A stretch of DNA of 64,000 bases from assembly GCA_964016885.1 (NCBI GenBank), contig OZ024743.1, forward strand, positions 183,396,001 through 183,460,000, written 5' to 3'. Each line of letters starts with the position of its first letter. Position 1 is the stretch's first letter. This DNA comes from Eledone cirrhosa (Eukaryota). The position numbers and the translations under genes were made by a program. The notes under the pieces are model-generated. The model saw only the letters and a list, made by a program, of their open reading frames with translations, was not told the DNA's origin and searched no databases. This document shows, one piece after another, positions 34,653 through 50,490 of this stretch.

Positions 34653-37600
34653 TTAACCTTCGTTATACGAAACCACCTGACACTCTACCTGTTATACCAA
34701 ACCACCTGACACTACCTATGTTACACCAAACCACCTGACACTGTACCTATGTTACACCAAACCACCTGACACTACCTATGTTACACCAAACCACCTGACA
34801 CTGTACCTATGTTACACCAAACCATCTGACACTGTACCTATGTTACACCAAACCACCTGACACTGTACCTATGTTACACCAAACCACCTGACACTACCTA
34901 TGTTACACCAAACTACCTGACACTACCTATGTTACACCAAACCACCTGACACTGTACCTGTTACACCAAACCACCTGACACTGTACCTATGTTACACCAA
35001 ACCACCTGACACTGTACCTATGTTACACCAAACCACCTGACATTGTACCTATGTTACACCAAACCACCTGACACTACCTATGTTACACCAAACTACCTGA
35101 CACTACCTATGTTACACCAAACCACCTGACACTGTACCTGTTACACCAAACCACCTGACACTGTACCTATGTTACACCAAACCACCTGACACTGTACCTG
35201 TTACACCAAACCACCTGACACTGTACCTATGTTACACCAAACCACCTGACACTGTACCTATGTTACACCAAACCACCCGACACTGTACCTATGTTACACC
35301 AAACCACCTGACACTGTACCTATGTTACACCAAACCACCTGACACGGTACCTATGTTACACCAAACCACCTGACACTACCTATGTTACACCAAACCACCT
35401 GACACTGTACCTATGTTATACCAAACCACCTGACACTGTTCCTATGTTACACCAAACCACCTGACACTGTACCTATGTTACACCAAACCACCTGACACTG
35501 TACCTATGTTACACCAAACCACCTGACACTACCTATGTTACACCAAACCACCTGACACTGTACCTATGTTACACCAAACCACCTGACACTGTTCCTATGT
35601 TACACCAAACCACCTGACACTGTACCTATGTTACACCAAACCATCTGACACTGTACCTATGTTACACCAAACCACCTGACACTGTACCTGTTACACCAAA
35701 CAACCTGACACTGTACCTATGTTACACCAAACTACCTGACACTACCTATGTTACACCAAACCACCTGACACTGTACCTATGTTACACCAAACCACCTGAC
35801 ACTACCTATGTTACACCAAACCACCTGACACGTTACCTATGTTACACCAAACCACCCGACACTACCTATGTTACACCAAACTACCTGACACTGTACCTAT
35901 GTTATACCAAACCACCTGACACTGTACCTGTTACACCAAACAACCTGACACTGTACCTATGTTACACCAAACCACCTGACACGGTACCTATGTTATACCA
36001 AACCACCTGACACTGTACCTATGTTATACCAAACCACCTGACACTGTACCTAAGTTACACCAAACCACTTGACACGGTACCTATGTTACACCAAACTACT
36101 TGACACTGTACCTATGTTACACCAAACCACCTGACACTGTACCTGTTACACCAAACCACCTGACACTGTACCTATGTTACACCAAACCACTTGACACTGT
36201 ACCTATGTTACACCAAACAACCTGACACTGTACCTATGTTACACCAAACCACCTGACACTGTACCTGTTACACCAAACCATCTGACACTACCTATGTTAC
36301 ACCAAACCACCTGACACTGTACCTATGTTACACTGACACTACCTATGTTACATCAAACAACCTGACACTGTACCTATATTACACCAAACCACCTGACACT
36401 GTACCTATGTTACACCAAACCATCTGACACTACCTATGTTACACCAAACCACCTGACACTGTACCTATGTTACACCAAACCATCTGACAATGTAGCTATG
36501 TTACACCAAACTACCTGACACTACCTATGTTACACGAAACCACCTGACACTGTACCTATGTTACACCAAACAACCTGACACTGTACCTATGTTACACCAA
36601 ACCACCTGACACTACCTATGTTACACCAAACCACCTGACACTGTACCTGTTATACCAAACAACCTGACACTGTACCTATGTTACACCAAACCACCTGACA
36701 CTGTACCTATGTTACACCAAACCACCTGACACTGTACCTATGTTACACCAAACCACCTGACACTGTACCTGTTACACCAAACCACCTGACACTGTACCTA
36801 TGTTACACCAAACCACTTGACACTGTACCTATGTTACACCAAACAACCTGACACTGTACCTATGTTACACCAAACCACCTGACACTGTACCTATGTTACA
36901 CCAAACCATCTGACACTACCTATGTTACACCAAACCACCTGACACTGTACCTATGTTACACTGACACTACCTATGTTACATCAAACAACCTGACACTACC
37001 TATATTACACCAAACCACCTGACACTGTACCTATGTTACACCAAACCATCTGACACTACCTATGTTACACCAAACCACCTGACACTGTACCTATGTTACA
37101 CCAAACCATCTGACAATGTAGCTATGTTACACCAAACTACCTGACACTACCTATGTTACACCAAACCACCTGACACTGTACCTATGTTACACCAAACAAT
37201 CTGACACTGTACCTATGTTACACCAAACCACCTGACACTACCTATGTTACACCAAACCACCTGACACTGTACCTGTTATACCAAACAACCTGACACTGTA
37301 CCTATGTTACACCAAACCACCTGACACTGTACCTATGTTACACCAAACCACTTGACACGGTACCTATGTTAGACCAAACCACTTGACACTGTACCTATGT
37401 TACACCAAACCACCTGACACTGTACCTATGTTATACCAAACCACCTGACACTACCTATGTTACACCAAACCACCTGACACTGTACCTATGTTACACCAAA
37501 CCACCTGACACTGTACCTATGTTACACCAAACCACCTGACACTACCTATGTTACACCAAACCACCTGACACGGTACCTGTTATACCAAACAACCTGACAC

Positions 37601-40600
37601 TGTACCTATGTTACACCAAACCACCTGACACTGTACCTATGTTACACCAAACCACCTGACATTGTACCTATGTTACACCAAACCAGTTGACACTGTACCT
37701 ATGTTACACCAAACCACCTGACACTGTACCTATGTTATACCAAACCACCTGACACTGTACCTAAGTTACACCAAACCACTTGACACGGTACCTATGTTAC
37801 ACCAAACTACTTGACACTGTACCTATGTTACACCAAACCATCTGACACTGTACCTATGTTACACCAAACCACCTGACACTGTATCTATGTTACACCAAAC
37901 CACCTGATACTGTACCTATGTTACACCAAACCACCTGACACTACCTATGTTACACCAAACCACCTGACACGGTACCTATGTTACACCAAACCACCTGAAA
38001 CTACCTATGTTACACCAAACCACCTGACACTGTACCTATGTTACACCAAACCATCTGACACTGTACCTATGTTACACCAAACCACCTGACACTGTATCTA
38101 TGTTACACCAAACCACCTGACACTGTACCTATGTTACACCAAACCACCTGACACTGTACCTGTTACACCAAACCATCTGACACTGTACCTATGTTACACC
38201 AAACCACCTGACACTGTACCTATGTTGCACCAAACCATCTGACACTGTACCTATGTTGCACCAAACCATCTGACACTGTACCTATGTTACACCAAACCAC
38301 CTGACACTGTACCTACGTTACACCAAACCATCTGACACTGTACCTATGTTACACCAAACCACCTCACATTGTACCTATGTTACACCAAACCACCTGACAC
38401 GGTACATATGTTACACCAAACCACCTGACATGGTACCTATGTTACACCAAACCACCTGACACTGTACCTATGTTACACCAAACCACCTGACACTGTACCT
38501 GTTACACCAAACCATCTGACACTGTACCTATGTTACACCAAACCACCTAACATTGTACCTATGTTACACCAAACCACCTGACACGGTACCTATGTTACAC
38601 CAAACCACCTGACACGGTACCTATGTTACACCAAACCACCTGACACTACCTATGTTACACCAAACCACCTGACACTGTACCTATGTTACACCAAACCATC
38701 TGACACTGTACCTATGTTACACCAAACCACCTGACACTGTATCTATGTTACACCAAACCACCTGACACTGTACCTATGTTACACCAAACCACCTGACACT
38801 GTACCTGTTACACCAAACCATCTGACACTGTACCTATGTTACACCAAACCACCTGACACTGTAGCTATGTTACACCAAACCACCTGACATTGTACCTATG
38901 TTACACCAAACCAGTTGACACTGTACCTATGTTACACCAAACCACCTGACACTGTACCTATGTTATACTAAACCCCCTGACACTGTACCTAAGTTACACC
39001 AAACCACTTGACATGGTACCTATGTTACACCAAACTACTTGACACTGTACCTATGTTACACCAAACCATCTGACACTGTACCTATGTTACACCAAACCAC
39101 CTGACACTGTATCTATGTTACACCAAACCACCTGACACTGTACCTATGTTATACCAAATCACTTGACACTACCTATGTTACACCAAACTACCTGACACTG
39201 TACCTATGTTACACCAAACCATCTGACACTGTACCTATGTTACACCAAACCACCTGACACTACCTATGTTACACCAAACCACCTGACACGGTACCTATGT
39301 TACACCAAACCACCTGACACGGTACCTATGTTACACCAAACCACCTGACACTACCTATGTTACACCAAACCACCTGACACTGTACCTATGTTACCCCAAA
39401 CCATCTGACACTGTACCTATGTTACACCAAACCACCTGACACTGTATCTATGTTACACCAAACCACCTGACACTGTACCTATGTTACACCAAACCACCTG
39501 ACACTGTACCTGTTACACCAAACCATCTGACACTGTACCTATGTTACACCAAACCACCTGACACTGTACCTATGTTGCACCAAACCATCTGACACTGTAC
39601 CTGTTACACCAAACCACCTGACACTGTACCTACGTTACACCAAACCACCTGACACTGTACCTGTTACACCAAACCATGTGACACTGTACCTATGTTACAC
39701 CAAACCATCTGACACTGTACCTGTTACACCAAACCACCTGACACTGTACCTATGTTACACCAAACCACCTGACACTGTACCTATGTTACACCAAACCATC
39801 TGACACTGTACCTATGTTACACCAAACCACCTGACACTACCTATGTTACACCAAACCACCTGACACTACCTATGTTACACCAAACCACCTGACACTGTAC
39901 CCGTTACACCAAACCACCTGACACTGTACCAATGTTACACCAAACCACCTGACACTGTACCTATGTTACACCAAACCACCTGACACTACCTATGTTACAC
40001 CAAACCACCTGACACTGTACCTATGTTACACCAAACCACCTGACACTGTAGCTGTTACACCAAACCACCTGACACTGTACCTATGTTACACCAAATCATC
40101 TGACACTACCTATGTTACACCAAACTACCTGACACTACTTATGTTACACCAAACCACCTGACATGGTACCTATGTTACACCAAACCACCTGACACTGTAC
40201 CTATGTTACACCAAACCACCTGACACTGTACCTGTTACACCAAACCATCTGACACTGTACCTATGTTACACCAAACCACCTAACATTGTACCTATGTTAC
40301 ACCAAACCACCTGACACGGTACCTATGTTACACCAAACCACCTGACACGGTACCTATGTTACACCAAACCACCTGACACTACCTATGTTACACCAAACCA
40401 CCTGATACTGTACCTATGTTACACCAAACCATCTGACACTGTACCTATGTTACACCAAACCACCTGACACTGTATCTATGTTACACCAAACCACCTGACA
40501 CTGTACCTATGTTACACCAAACCACCTGACACTGTACCTGTTACACCAAACCATCTGACACTGTACCTATGTTACACCAAACCACCTGACACTGTAGCTA

Positions 40601-43600
40601 TGTTACACCAAACCACCTGACATTGTACCTATGTTACACCAAACCAGTTGACACTGTACCTATGTTACACCAAACCACCTGACACTGTACCTATGTTATA
40701 CTAAACCCCCTGACACTGTACCTAAGTTACACCAAACCACTTGACATGGTACCTATGTTACACCAAACTACTTGACACTGTACCTATGTTACACCAAATC
40801 ACTTGACACTACCTATGTTACACCAAACTACCTGACACTGTACCTATGTTACACCAAACCATCTGACACTGTACCTATGTTACACCAAACCACCTGACAC
40901 GGTACCTATGTTACACCAAACCACCTGACACGGTACCTATGTTACACCAAACCACCTGACACTACCTATGTTACACCAAACCACCTGACACTGTACCTAT
41001 GTTACCCCAAACCATCTGACACTGTACCTATGTTACACCAAACCACCTGACACTGTATCTATGTTACACCAAACCACCTGACACTGTACCTGTTACACCA
41101 AACCACCTGACACTGTACCTGTTACACCAAACCATCTGACACTGTACCTATGTTACACCAAACCACCTGACACTACCTATGTTGCACCAAACCATCTGAC
41201 ACGGTACCTATGTTACACCAAACCACCTGACACGGTACCTATGTTACACCAAACCACCTGAAACTACCTATGTTACACCAAACCATCTGACACTGTACCT
41301 ATGTTACACCAAACCACCTGACACTGTATCTATGTTACACCAAACCACCTGACACTGTACCTATGTTACACCAAACCACCTGACACTGTACCTGTTACAC
41401 CAAACCATCTGACACTGTACCTATGTTACACCAAACCACCTGACACTGTACCTATGTTGCACCAAACCATCTGACACTGTACCTATGTTACACCAAACCA
41501 CCTGACACTGTACCTACGTTACACCAAACCAACTGACACTACCTATGTTACACCAAACCACCTGACACTGTACCTATGTTACACCAAACCATCTGACACT
41601 GTACCTATGTTACACCAAACCACCTGACACTGTATCTATGTTACACCAAACCACCTGACACGGTACATATGTTACACCAAACCACCTGACATGGTACCTA
41701 TGTTACACCAAACCACCTGACACTGTACCTATGTTACACCAAACCACCTGACACACCAAACCATCTGACACTGTACCTATGTTACACCAAACCACCTAAC
41801 ATTGTACCTATGTTACACCAAACCACCTGACACGGTACCTATGTTACACCAAACCACCTGACACGGTACCTATGTTACACCAAACCACCTGACACTACCT
41901 ATGTTACACCAAACCACCTGACACTGTACCTATGTTACACCAAACCATCTGACACTGTACCTATGTTACACCAAACCACCTGACACTGTATCTATGTTAC
42001 ACCAAACCACCTGACACTGTACCTATGTTACACCAAACCACCTGACACTGTACCTGTTACACCAAACCATCTGACACTGTACCTATGTTACACCAAACCA
42101 CCTGACACTGTAGCTATGTTACACCAAACCACCTGACATTGTACCTATGTTACACCAAACCAGTTGACACTGTACCTATGTTACACCAAACCACCTGACA
42201 CTGTACCTATGTTATACTAAACCCCCTGACACTGTACCTAAGTTACACCAAACCACTTGACATGGTACCTATGTTACACCAAACTACTTGACACTGTACC
42301 TATGTTACACCAAACCATCTGACACTGTACCTATGTTACACCAAACCACCTGACACTGTATCTATGTTACACCAAACCACCTGACACTGTACCTATGTTA
42401 TACCAAACCACCTGACACTACCTATGTTACACCAAACCACCTGACACTGTACCTATGTTACACCAAACCACCTGACACTGTACCTATGTTATACCAAATC
42501 ACTTGACACTATCTATGTTACACCAAACTACCTGACACTGTACCTATGTTACACCAAACCATCTGACACTGTACCTATGTTACACCAAACCACCTGACAC
42601 TACCTATGTTACACCAAACCACCTGACACGGTACCTATGTTACACCAAACCACCTGACACTACCTATGTTACACCAAACCACCTGACACTGTACCTATGT
42701 TACCCCAAACCATCTGACACTGTACCTATGTTACACCAAACCACCTGACACTGTATCTATGTTACACCAAACCACCTGACACTGTACCTATGTTACACCA
42801 AACCACCTGACACTGTACCTGTTACACCAAACCATCTGACACTGTACCTATGTTACACCAAACCATCTGACACTGTACCTATGTTGCACCAAACCATCTG
42901 ACACTGTACCTGTTACACCAAACCACCTGACACTGTACCTACGTTACACCAAACCACCTGACACTGTACCTGTTAACCAAACCATGTGACACTGTACCTA
43001 TGTTACACCAAACCATCTGACACTGTACCTATTACACCAAACCACCTGACACTGTACCTATGTTACACCAAACCACCTGACACTGTACCTATGTTACACC
43101 AAACCATCTGACACTGTACCTATGTTACACCAAACCACCTGACACTACCTATGTTACACCAAACCACCTGACACTACCTATGTTACACCAAACCACCTGA
43201 CACTGTACCTGTTACACCAAACCACCTGACACTGTACCAATGTTACACCAAACCACCTGACACTGTACCTATGTTACACCAAACCACCTGACACTACCTA
43301 TGTTACACCAAACCACCTGACACTGTACCTATGTTACACCAAACTACCTGACACTGTACCTATGTTACACCAAACCACCTGACACTGTAGCTGTTACACC
43401 AAACCACCTGACACTGTACCTATGTTACACCAAACCACCTAACATTGTACCTATGTTACACCAAACCACCTGACACGGTACCTATGTTACACCAAACCAC
43501 CTGACACGGTACCTATGTTACACCAAACCACCTGACACTACCTATGTTACACCAAACCACCTGACACTGTACCTATGTTACACCAAACCATCTGACACTG

Positions 43601-46524
43601 TACCTATGTTACACCAAACCACCTGACACTGTATCTATGTTACACCAAACCACCTGACACTGTACCTATGTTACACCAAACCACCTGACACTGTACCTGT
43701 TACACCAAAACATCTGACACTGTACCTATGTTACACCAAACCACCTGACACTGTAGCTATGTTACACCAAACCACCTGACATTGTACCTATGTTACACCA
43801 AACCAGTTGACACTGTACCTATGTTACACCAAACCACCTGACACTGTACCTATGTTATACTAAACCCCCTGACACTGTACCTAAGTTACACCAAACCACT
43901 TGACATGGTACCTATGTTACACCAAACTACTTGACACTGTACCTATGTTACACGAAACCATCTGACACTGTACCTATGTTACACCAAACCACCTGACACT
44001 GTATCTATGTTACACCAAACCACCTGACACTGTACCTATGTTATACCAAACCACCTGACACTACCTATGTTACACCAAACCACCTGACACTGTACCTATG
44101 TTACACCAAACCACCTGACACTGTACCTATGTTATACCAAATCACTTGACACTACCTATGTTACACCAAACTACCTGACACTGTACCTATGTTACACCAA
44201 ACCATCTGACACTGTACCTATGTTACACCAAACCACCTGACACTACCTATGTTACACCAAACCACCTGACACGGTACCTATGTTACACCAAACCACCTGA
44301 CACGGTACCTATGTTACACCAAACCACCTGACACTACCTATGTTACACCAAACCACCTGACACTGTACCTATGTTACCCCAAACCATCTGACACTGTACC
44401 TATGTTACACCAAACCACCTGACACTGTATCTATGTTACACCAAACCACCTGACACTGTACCTATGTTACACCAAACCACCTGACACTGTACCTGTTACA
44501 CCAAACCATCTGACACTGTACCTATGTTACACCAAACCACCTGACACTGTACCTATGTTGCACCAAACCATCTGACACTGTACCTGTTACACCAAACCAC
44601 CTGACACTGTACCTACGTTACACCAAACCACCTGACACTGTACCTGTTACACCAAACCATGTGACACTGTACCTATGTTACACCAAACCATCTGACACTG
44701 TACCTGTTACACCAAACCACCTGACACTGTACCTATGTTACACCAAACCACCTGACACTGTACCTATGTTACACCAAACCATCTGACACTGTACCTATGT
44801 TACACCAAACCACCTGACACTACCTATGTTACACCAAACCACCTGACACTACCTATGTTACACCAAACCACCTGACACTGTACCTGTTACACCAAACCAC
44901 CTGACACTGTACCAATGTTACACCAAACCACCTGACACTACCTATGTTACACCAAACCACCTGACACTGTACCTATGTTACACCAAACTACCTGACACTG
45001 TACCTATGTTACACCAAACCACCTGACACTGTAGCTGTTACACCAAACCACCTGACACTGTACCTATGTTACACCAAATCATCTGACACTACCTATGTTA
45101 CACCAAACTACCTGACACTACCTATGTTACACCAAACCACCTGACATGGTACCTATGTTACACCAAACCACCTGACACTGTACCTATGTTACACCAAACC
45201 ACCTGACACTGTACCTATGTTACACCAAACCACCTGACACTGTACCTGTTACACCAAACCACCTGACGCTGTACCTATGTTACACCAAACCACCTGACAC
45301 TGTACCTGTTACACCAAACCACCTGACACTACCTATTTTACACCAAACCATCTGACACTGTACCTATGTTACACCAAACCACCTGACACTACCTATGTTA
45401 CACCAAACCACCTGACACTACCTATGTTACACCAAACCACCTGACACTGTACCTGTTACACCAAACCACCTGACACTGTACCAATGTTACACCAAACCAC
45501 CTGACACTGTACCTATGTTACACCAAACCACCTGACACTACCTATGTTACACCAAACCACCTGACACTACCTATGTTACACCAAACCACCTGACACTGTA
45601 CCTATGTTACACCAAACTACCTGACACTGTACCTATGTTACACCAAACCACCTGACACTGTAGCTGTTACACCAAACCACCTGACACTGTACCTATGTTA
45701 CACCAAGTCATCTGACACTACCTATGTTACACCAAACTACCTGACACTACCTATGTTACACCAAACCACCTGACATGGTACCTATGTTACACCAAACCAC
45801 CTGACACTGTACCTATGTTACACCAAACCACCTGACACTGTACCTATGTTACACCAAACTACCTGACACTGTACCTATGTTACACCAAACCACCTGACAC
45901 TGTACCTGTTACACCAAACCACCTGACGCTGTACCTATGTTACACCAAACCACCTGACACTGTACCTGTTACACCAAACCACCTGACACTACCTATGTTA
46001 CACCAAACCACCTGACACTGTACCTATGTTACACCAAACCACCTGACACTACCTATGTTACACCAAACCATGTGACACTGTACCTATGTTATACCAAACC
46101 ACCTGACACTACCTATGTTACACCAAACCACCTGACACTACCTATGTTACACCAAAACATGACACTGTACCTATGTTACACCAAACCACCTGACACTACC
46201 TATGTTACACCAAACCACCTGACACTACCTATGTTACACCAAACCATCTGACACTGTACCTATTTTACACTGAACTACCTATGTTACACCAAACCACCTG
46301 ACACTACCTATGTTACACCAAACCACCTGACACTGTACCTATGTTACACCAAACCACCTGACACTGTACCTATGTTACACCAAACCACCTGACACTGTAC
46401 CTGTTACACCAAACCACCTGACACTACCTATGTTACACCAAACCATCTGACACGGTACCTATGTTACACCAAACCATCTGACACTGTACCTATGTTACAC
46501 CAAACCATCTGACACTGTACCTAT
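34653..46524 (+). repeat. 11.9-kb satellite array, 31-bp monomer (29-bp variants), roughly 385-390 copies, with higher-order repeats
   Basis: Monomer ACCTATGTTACACCAAACCACCTGACACTGT, head to tail without spacers; diagnostic variants recur at 0.6-1.7 kb spacing. Confidence 0.99.
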
Positions 46525-47149
46525 AGTTTGTAGTTTTATGTACAACTGCAATCATATGGTGGATCTCCATTGGTTTTGCTAATGATTATTCCAGTTGTTT
46601 GATCAATGGAACAAATTTCTTATAAAATTAATATGTAAGTGACTGAGCATTCCACAGACACGTGTACCTTTAACATAATTCCCAGTGAGATTCAGTGTAA
46701 CACAGTGTATTATTATAGTTGATGATGATATGATATATGCCGCGCTGCATCTTGTATCATCATCATCATTATCACCACCATCATTTAACATGCCCTTTGT
46801 CTGCCAGCATGGGTTGGAAGGGTCTTTACAAACTGAGTCAGTACTCGAGTGAATCTACTGACCTTCCAGACATGATGGAAACTCACATCTTGATGACATC
46901 CGGTCCCATGTTCCGCCAAGTACACTTTATAGTGGGACCAGCACTAGGGAGGGTTTCATGTTTTTGACACAACTGAAGAGGCCCCTAACTCTTTGTTTGG
47001 CAAGCTTTCAACAACTGGATTCCCTCCCTATCATCAACATAGCCTGAACCAGCTGATGAAAGGATGCTTGGTCTTGCCACCTGAGACTCATGGAAATACT
47101 ACATGAAATCTCTCTGCATTAGTGTGATGAAGTCAGCTGGTGGACATTT

Positions 47150-47272
47150 GTGGTCAGTGGTAACTAGCTATAGATGACCAGTGATAACTAGCTACAGAGT
47201 GGTAACCAGCTTTAGATGACCAGTTGTAACCAGCTATAGATGACCAGTGGTAACTAGCTATAGATGACTAGC
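47150..47272 (+). repeat. 24-bp tandem repeat, about 5 copies
   Basis: CAGTGGTAACTAGCTATAGATGAC. Confidence 0.85.
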
Positions 47273-48391
47273 TTCATTGAATTTCAGAGTGGACATTCAT
47301 GCCTTTCCCATACTCCCTTTCAGAGTAAATGATATAACTTTCATAGGTTTCAGCCAGTATTAGCCCAGGCCATGTCTAACTCACCAGCTGATGAAGTTTT
47401 TCCAATCAGGATTTGGACATCATGGTCCACTCAAGTAAAGTACCGTATAGCTACAAATGGCAATGAAGGATAGGTCATCTTAGGACAGCCAGATAATAGA
47501 ATATGTTAGTTATATAACAGTATAACTTACTTCACATACACAATAGTATATTTACTTTACATATAACTTGATTATGTAGTGTAGAATAAGTAGGCTAGGT
47601 CAACTTAGGACAGCTAGATAATAGAATATGTTAGTTATATAGTAGTTTTAGAGCAAAATGGTGTGGACAGAGGATGGCTAAGAGGTTTGGCTCACAACCT
47701 TTAGGTCCCAGATTCAATCCCACAGTGTGACATCTTGAGTGACAATTACCAGAGCCTTGGTTTGACCCATGTCTTGTGAGTGAAAATGGGTAGACAGAGA
47801 CTGTTTGGAAGTTTCTGTAATTTGAAGGGTCAGCCTTGTAACAGACTGCGTCATGATTTCAGAGAGTTAAATATATAAGTGTTTGTGGAATGCCCAGCCA
47901 CTTGCATGTTAATTTTATGAGCAAGTTGCTCCATTAATTGAACAACTACAACACTCATCATTGAAACTAATGGAGGTTCATTTGAGCACTTAATGGTGAA
48001 CTGAATCACCCCATAATATGAACTTGGTTATAAATATTGAGGAGGAGATACAAATAATGAAATGGTAGAATGATTCTCAACTAACGTAGTCAGCTGAAAG
48101 TCTAAAAACTGTTTTAGACTACAATATTATACACAGATGGTTAGACAGTACTACAGAGGTAAGATCTTAGAATATTATACATACATGAGTGCTAGACAGT
48201 GAAACATGGATTCTTTATAAACAGCACACGGTCAATGAGAGGAGAAATATGAATTATGAAATATCTTTAAATGGGAATCAAAACTCAACCAAAAACTTGA
48301 TGTTCCAAGAATTTACTTCTACAGAAATATCTATGACAGTCTGGTACTTGATGTTAAAATATATATACACACAAACAAACTGAAAAACTTT

Positions 48392-48755
48392 ATATATTCT
48401 CTCTCTATATTGCTACTAAACACATATTCTCTCTATATTACTGCTAAAGACACCTCTCTCTATATATTACTACTAAACATATTCTCTCTCTATATTACTG
48501 CTAAACATATATTCTCTCTCATATTACTACTAAACACATATTCTCCCTATATATTACTACTAAACATATATTCTCCCTATATATTACTACTAAACACATA
48601 TTCTCCCTATATATTACTACTAAACACATATTCTCCCTATATATTACTACTAAACATATATTCTCCCTATATATTACTACTAAACACATATTCTCCCTAT
48701 ATATTACTACTAAACATATATTCTCTCTCTATATTACTGCTAAACACATATTCTG
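48392..48755 (+). repeat. 30-bp minisatellite, about 12 copies
   Basis: ATATTACTACTAAACAYATATTCTCCCTAT; explains the spurious ORF 48410-48793. Confidence 0.95.
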
Positions 48756-50140
48756 TACAGGAAACAAAAAATAAAAAGAATATTGTACATTGAAAACAAA
48801 AGAAGTAGAAGATGATGATGATGATGATTAAAATTCAACTTCAGAAGTTGATGTAAAACCAGGAGTGTATGAAGTTGTTAATAATAAGGAAAAGGAATGT
48901 TATCAAGAAAATCTGAGGGAGAACAGAGATATAAAATGTACTGCAGTAAATTTATCCTGAATCTGAGGGAAAACAGAGATATAAAATGTACTGCAGTAAA
49001 TATATCCTGAATATATAAACACATTTTAGATTTGCTGATTTCACATGTAAGGAATCTATTATTTAATATGTTATGTGGTCTTTTCTATAATTAACTATAA
49101 TTATCAGTGATTGTACAAAACAGAACTCTTAACACTTTAATTCTTAACCTGCTGTAATGATTTAACAGAAAGTATTTTAACAAAATAGGTTTGTCAATTT
49201 AAATGTTTATGATATATTTACTTGCAGACAGATTGTTGTAAAAAAAAATGCAGTAAACTAAAGTAAAGACTTTAATTCTTAATGTGATGTTATAATAGTG
49301 CAGTTCAGTACTTTTCAAGAATGTCTTGCTAATGTGGTTTCATGCAGTACAAGACATGAAGAGTTAAACAACATCTTGCCCTAAACCACGTCTATTAAAA
49401 TGTTCAAATTTAAATTTAAATCTTTGACTGAAATCTCATTATTACATATCAGAAAATATTAGATTTCAATCAAATATTTAAATATTAATATTCTATTAAG
49501 TCAAAAGTTAGTCATTCCACTAAACTTCTGGTCCTGCCAGTAATGACTGCAAAGTGGTTGACATTAGGAAGGGCTTCCAGCTGTAGAAATCAAACCAAAA
49601 TAGTGCATGTGAGCAGGATGTAGTTACTTGTCATCCATGCAAACATAGATGTTAAATGATGATGATGATTTTGATAACACATAAAGGCAGTATAGATATG
49701 GTTACAAAAGGGTTAAACATGTATTTTAGATATCTTAGTAGAAAACAAATATTTTTTACTCCAACTGTAATAAAAGTGAACCAACACAATTTATTTACTA
49801 TTAATTAGACAGAAGTAATTCCAAAGAGACTATCGGCCATGACAGAGTAAACCTATTATGAAAGAACTATTGCAATTGGAGGTATTTTTTCACTACTTGA
49901 ACTATTTTGTTTGAGGACTTTCCATGGGATTTTACCACTAGATATGTTTATCCTGTTTCCAGCACTAGTGAGACTGTTTTATGAAAACCTTTCTTTGACC
50001 CATGTTAGTTTGAGATTTTATAAGCAAAATCCCACCTTCAATCATTCTTTTTTTGATTGGTTTATATTTATCTAAAACCTTCCATCATAATTTTATGAAA
50101 GAACCTTTGTTATGTTATGTTCCAAATACCAGCTTAATAA

Positions 50141-50328
50141 TTGTTTCTACTTTTTGGCACAAGGCCAGCAATTATCTCAGTGCATTACTGGTACTTTATT
50201 TTATCGACCCCGTAAGGATGAAAGGCAAAGTTAACCTCGGCGGGATTTGAACTCAGAATGGCAAGGGCCGTAACTCTATGCGTCAAAGCATGGCGTCCGA
50301 CCCTCTACCGATACTGCCAATCCACCAC
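50141..50328 (-). mobile_element. Full-length SINE family A
   Basis: Reverse complement of the 1033 and 3234 copies; flanked by ACCAGCTTAATAAT direct repeats. Confidence 0.93.
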
Positions 50329-50340
50329 CAGCTTAATAAT

Positions 50341-50490
50341 GATTTCTCATTTAGGCACATGGTTAAGAAATTTTTTTTTGGGTGGGGTGGGGGGTGTCGA
50401 TTGAATTGACCCCTGTGCATGACTGGTACTTTATTTTATCAACCCCATAAGGATGAAAGGTAAAGCTCACTTCAGGATTTGAACTTAAAA
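50341..50490 (-). mobile_element. Older SINE A-related copy, 5'-truncated at the B-box
   Basis: CTGGTACTTTATTTTATCAACCCCATAAGGATGAAAGG...GGATTTGAACT; followed by a third ACCAGCTTAATAAT. Confidence 0.8.

Noticed and set aside
34653-46524. CRISPR-like array (31-bp repeats)
   Set aside because: Monomers are contiguous with no unique spacers, no cas genes, eukaryotic context: a satellite.
47050-47090. CTGATGA hammerhead candidates at 907, 47053 and 47388
   Set aside because: No stem II followed by GAAA at the required position.
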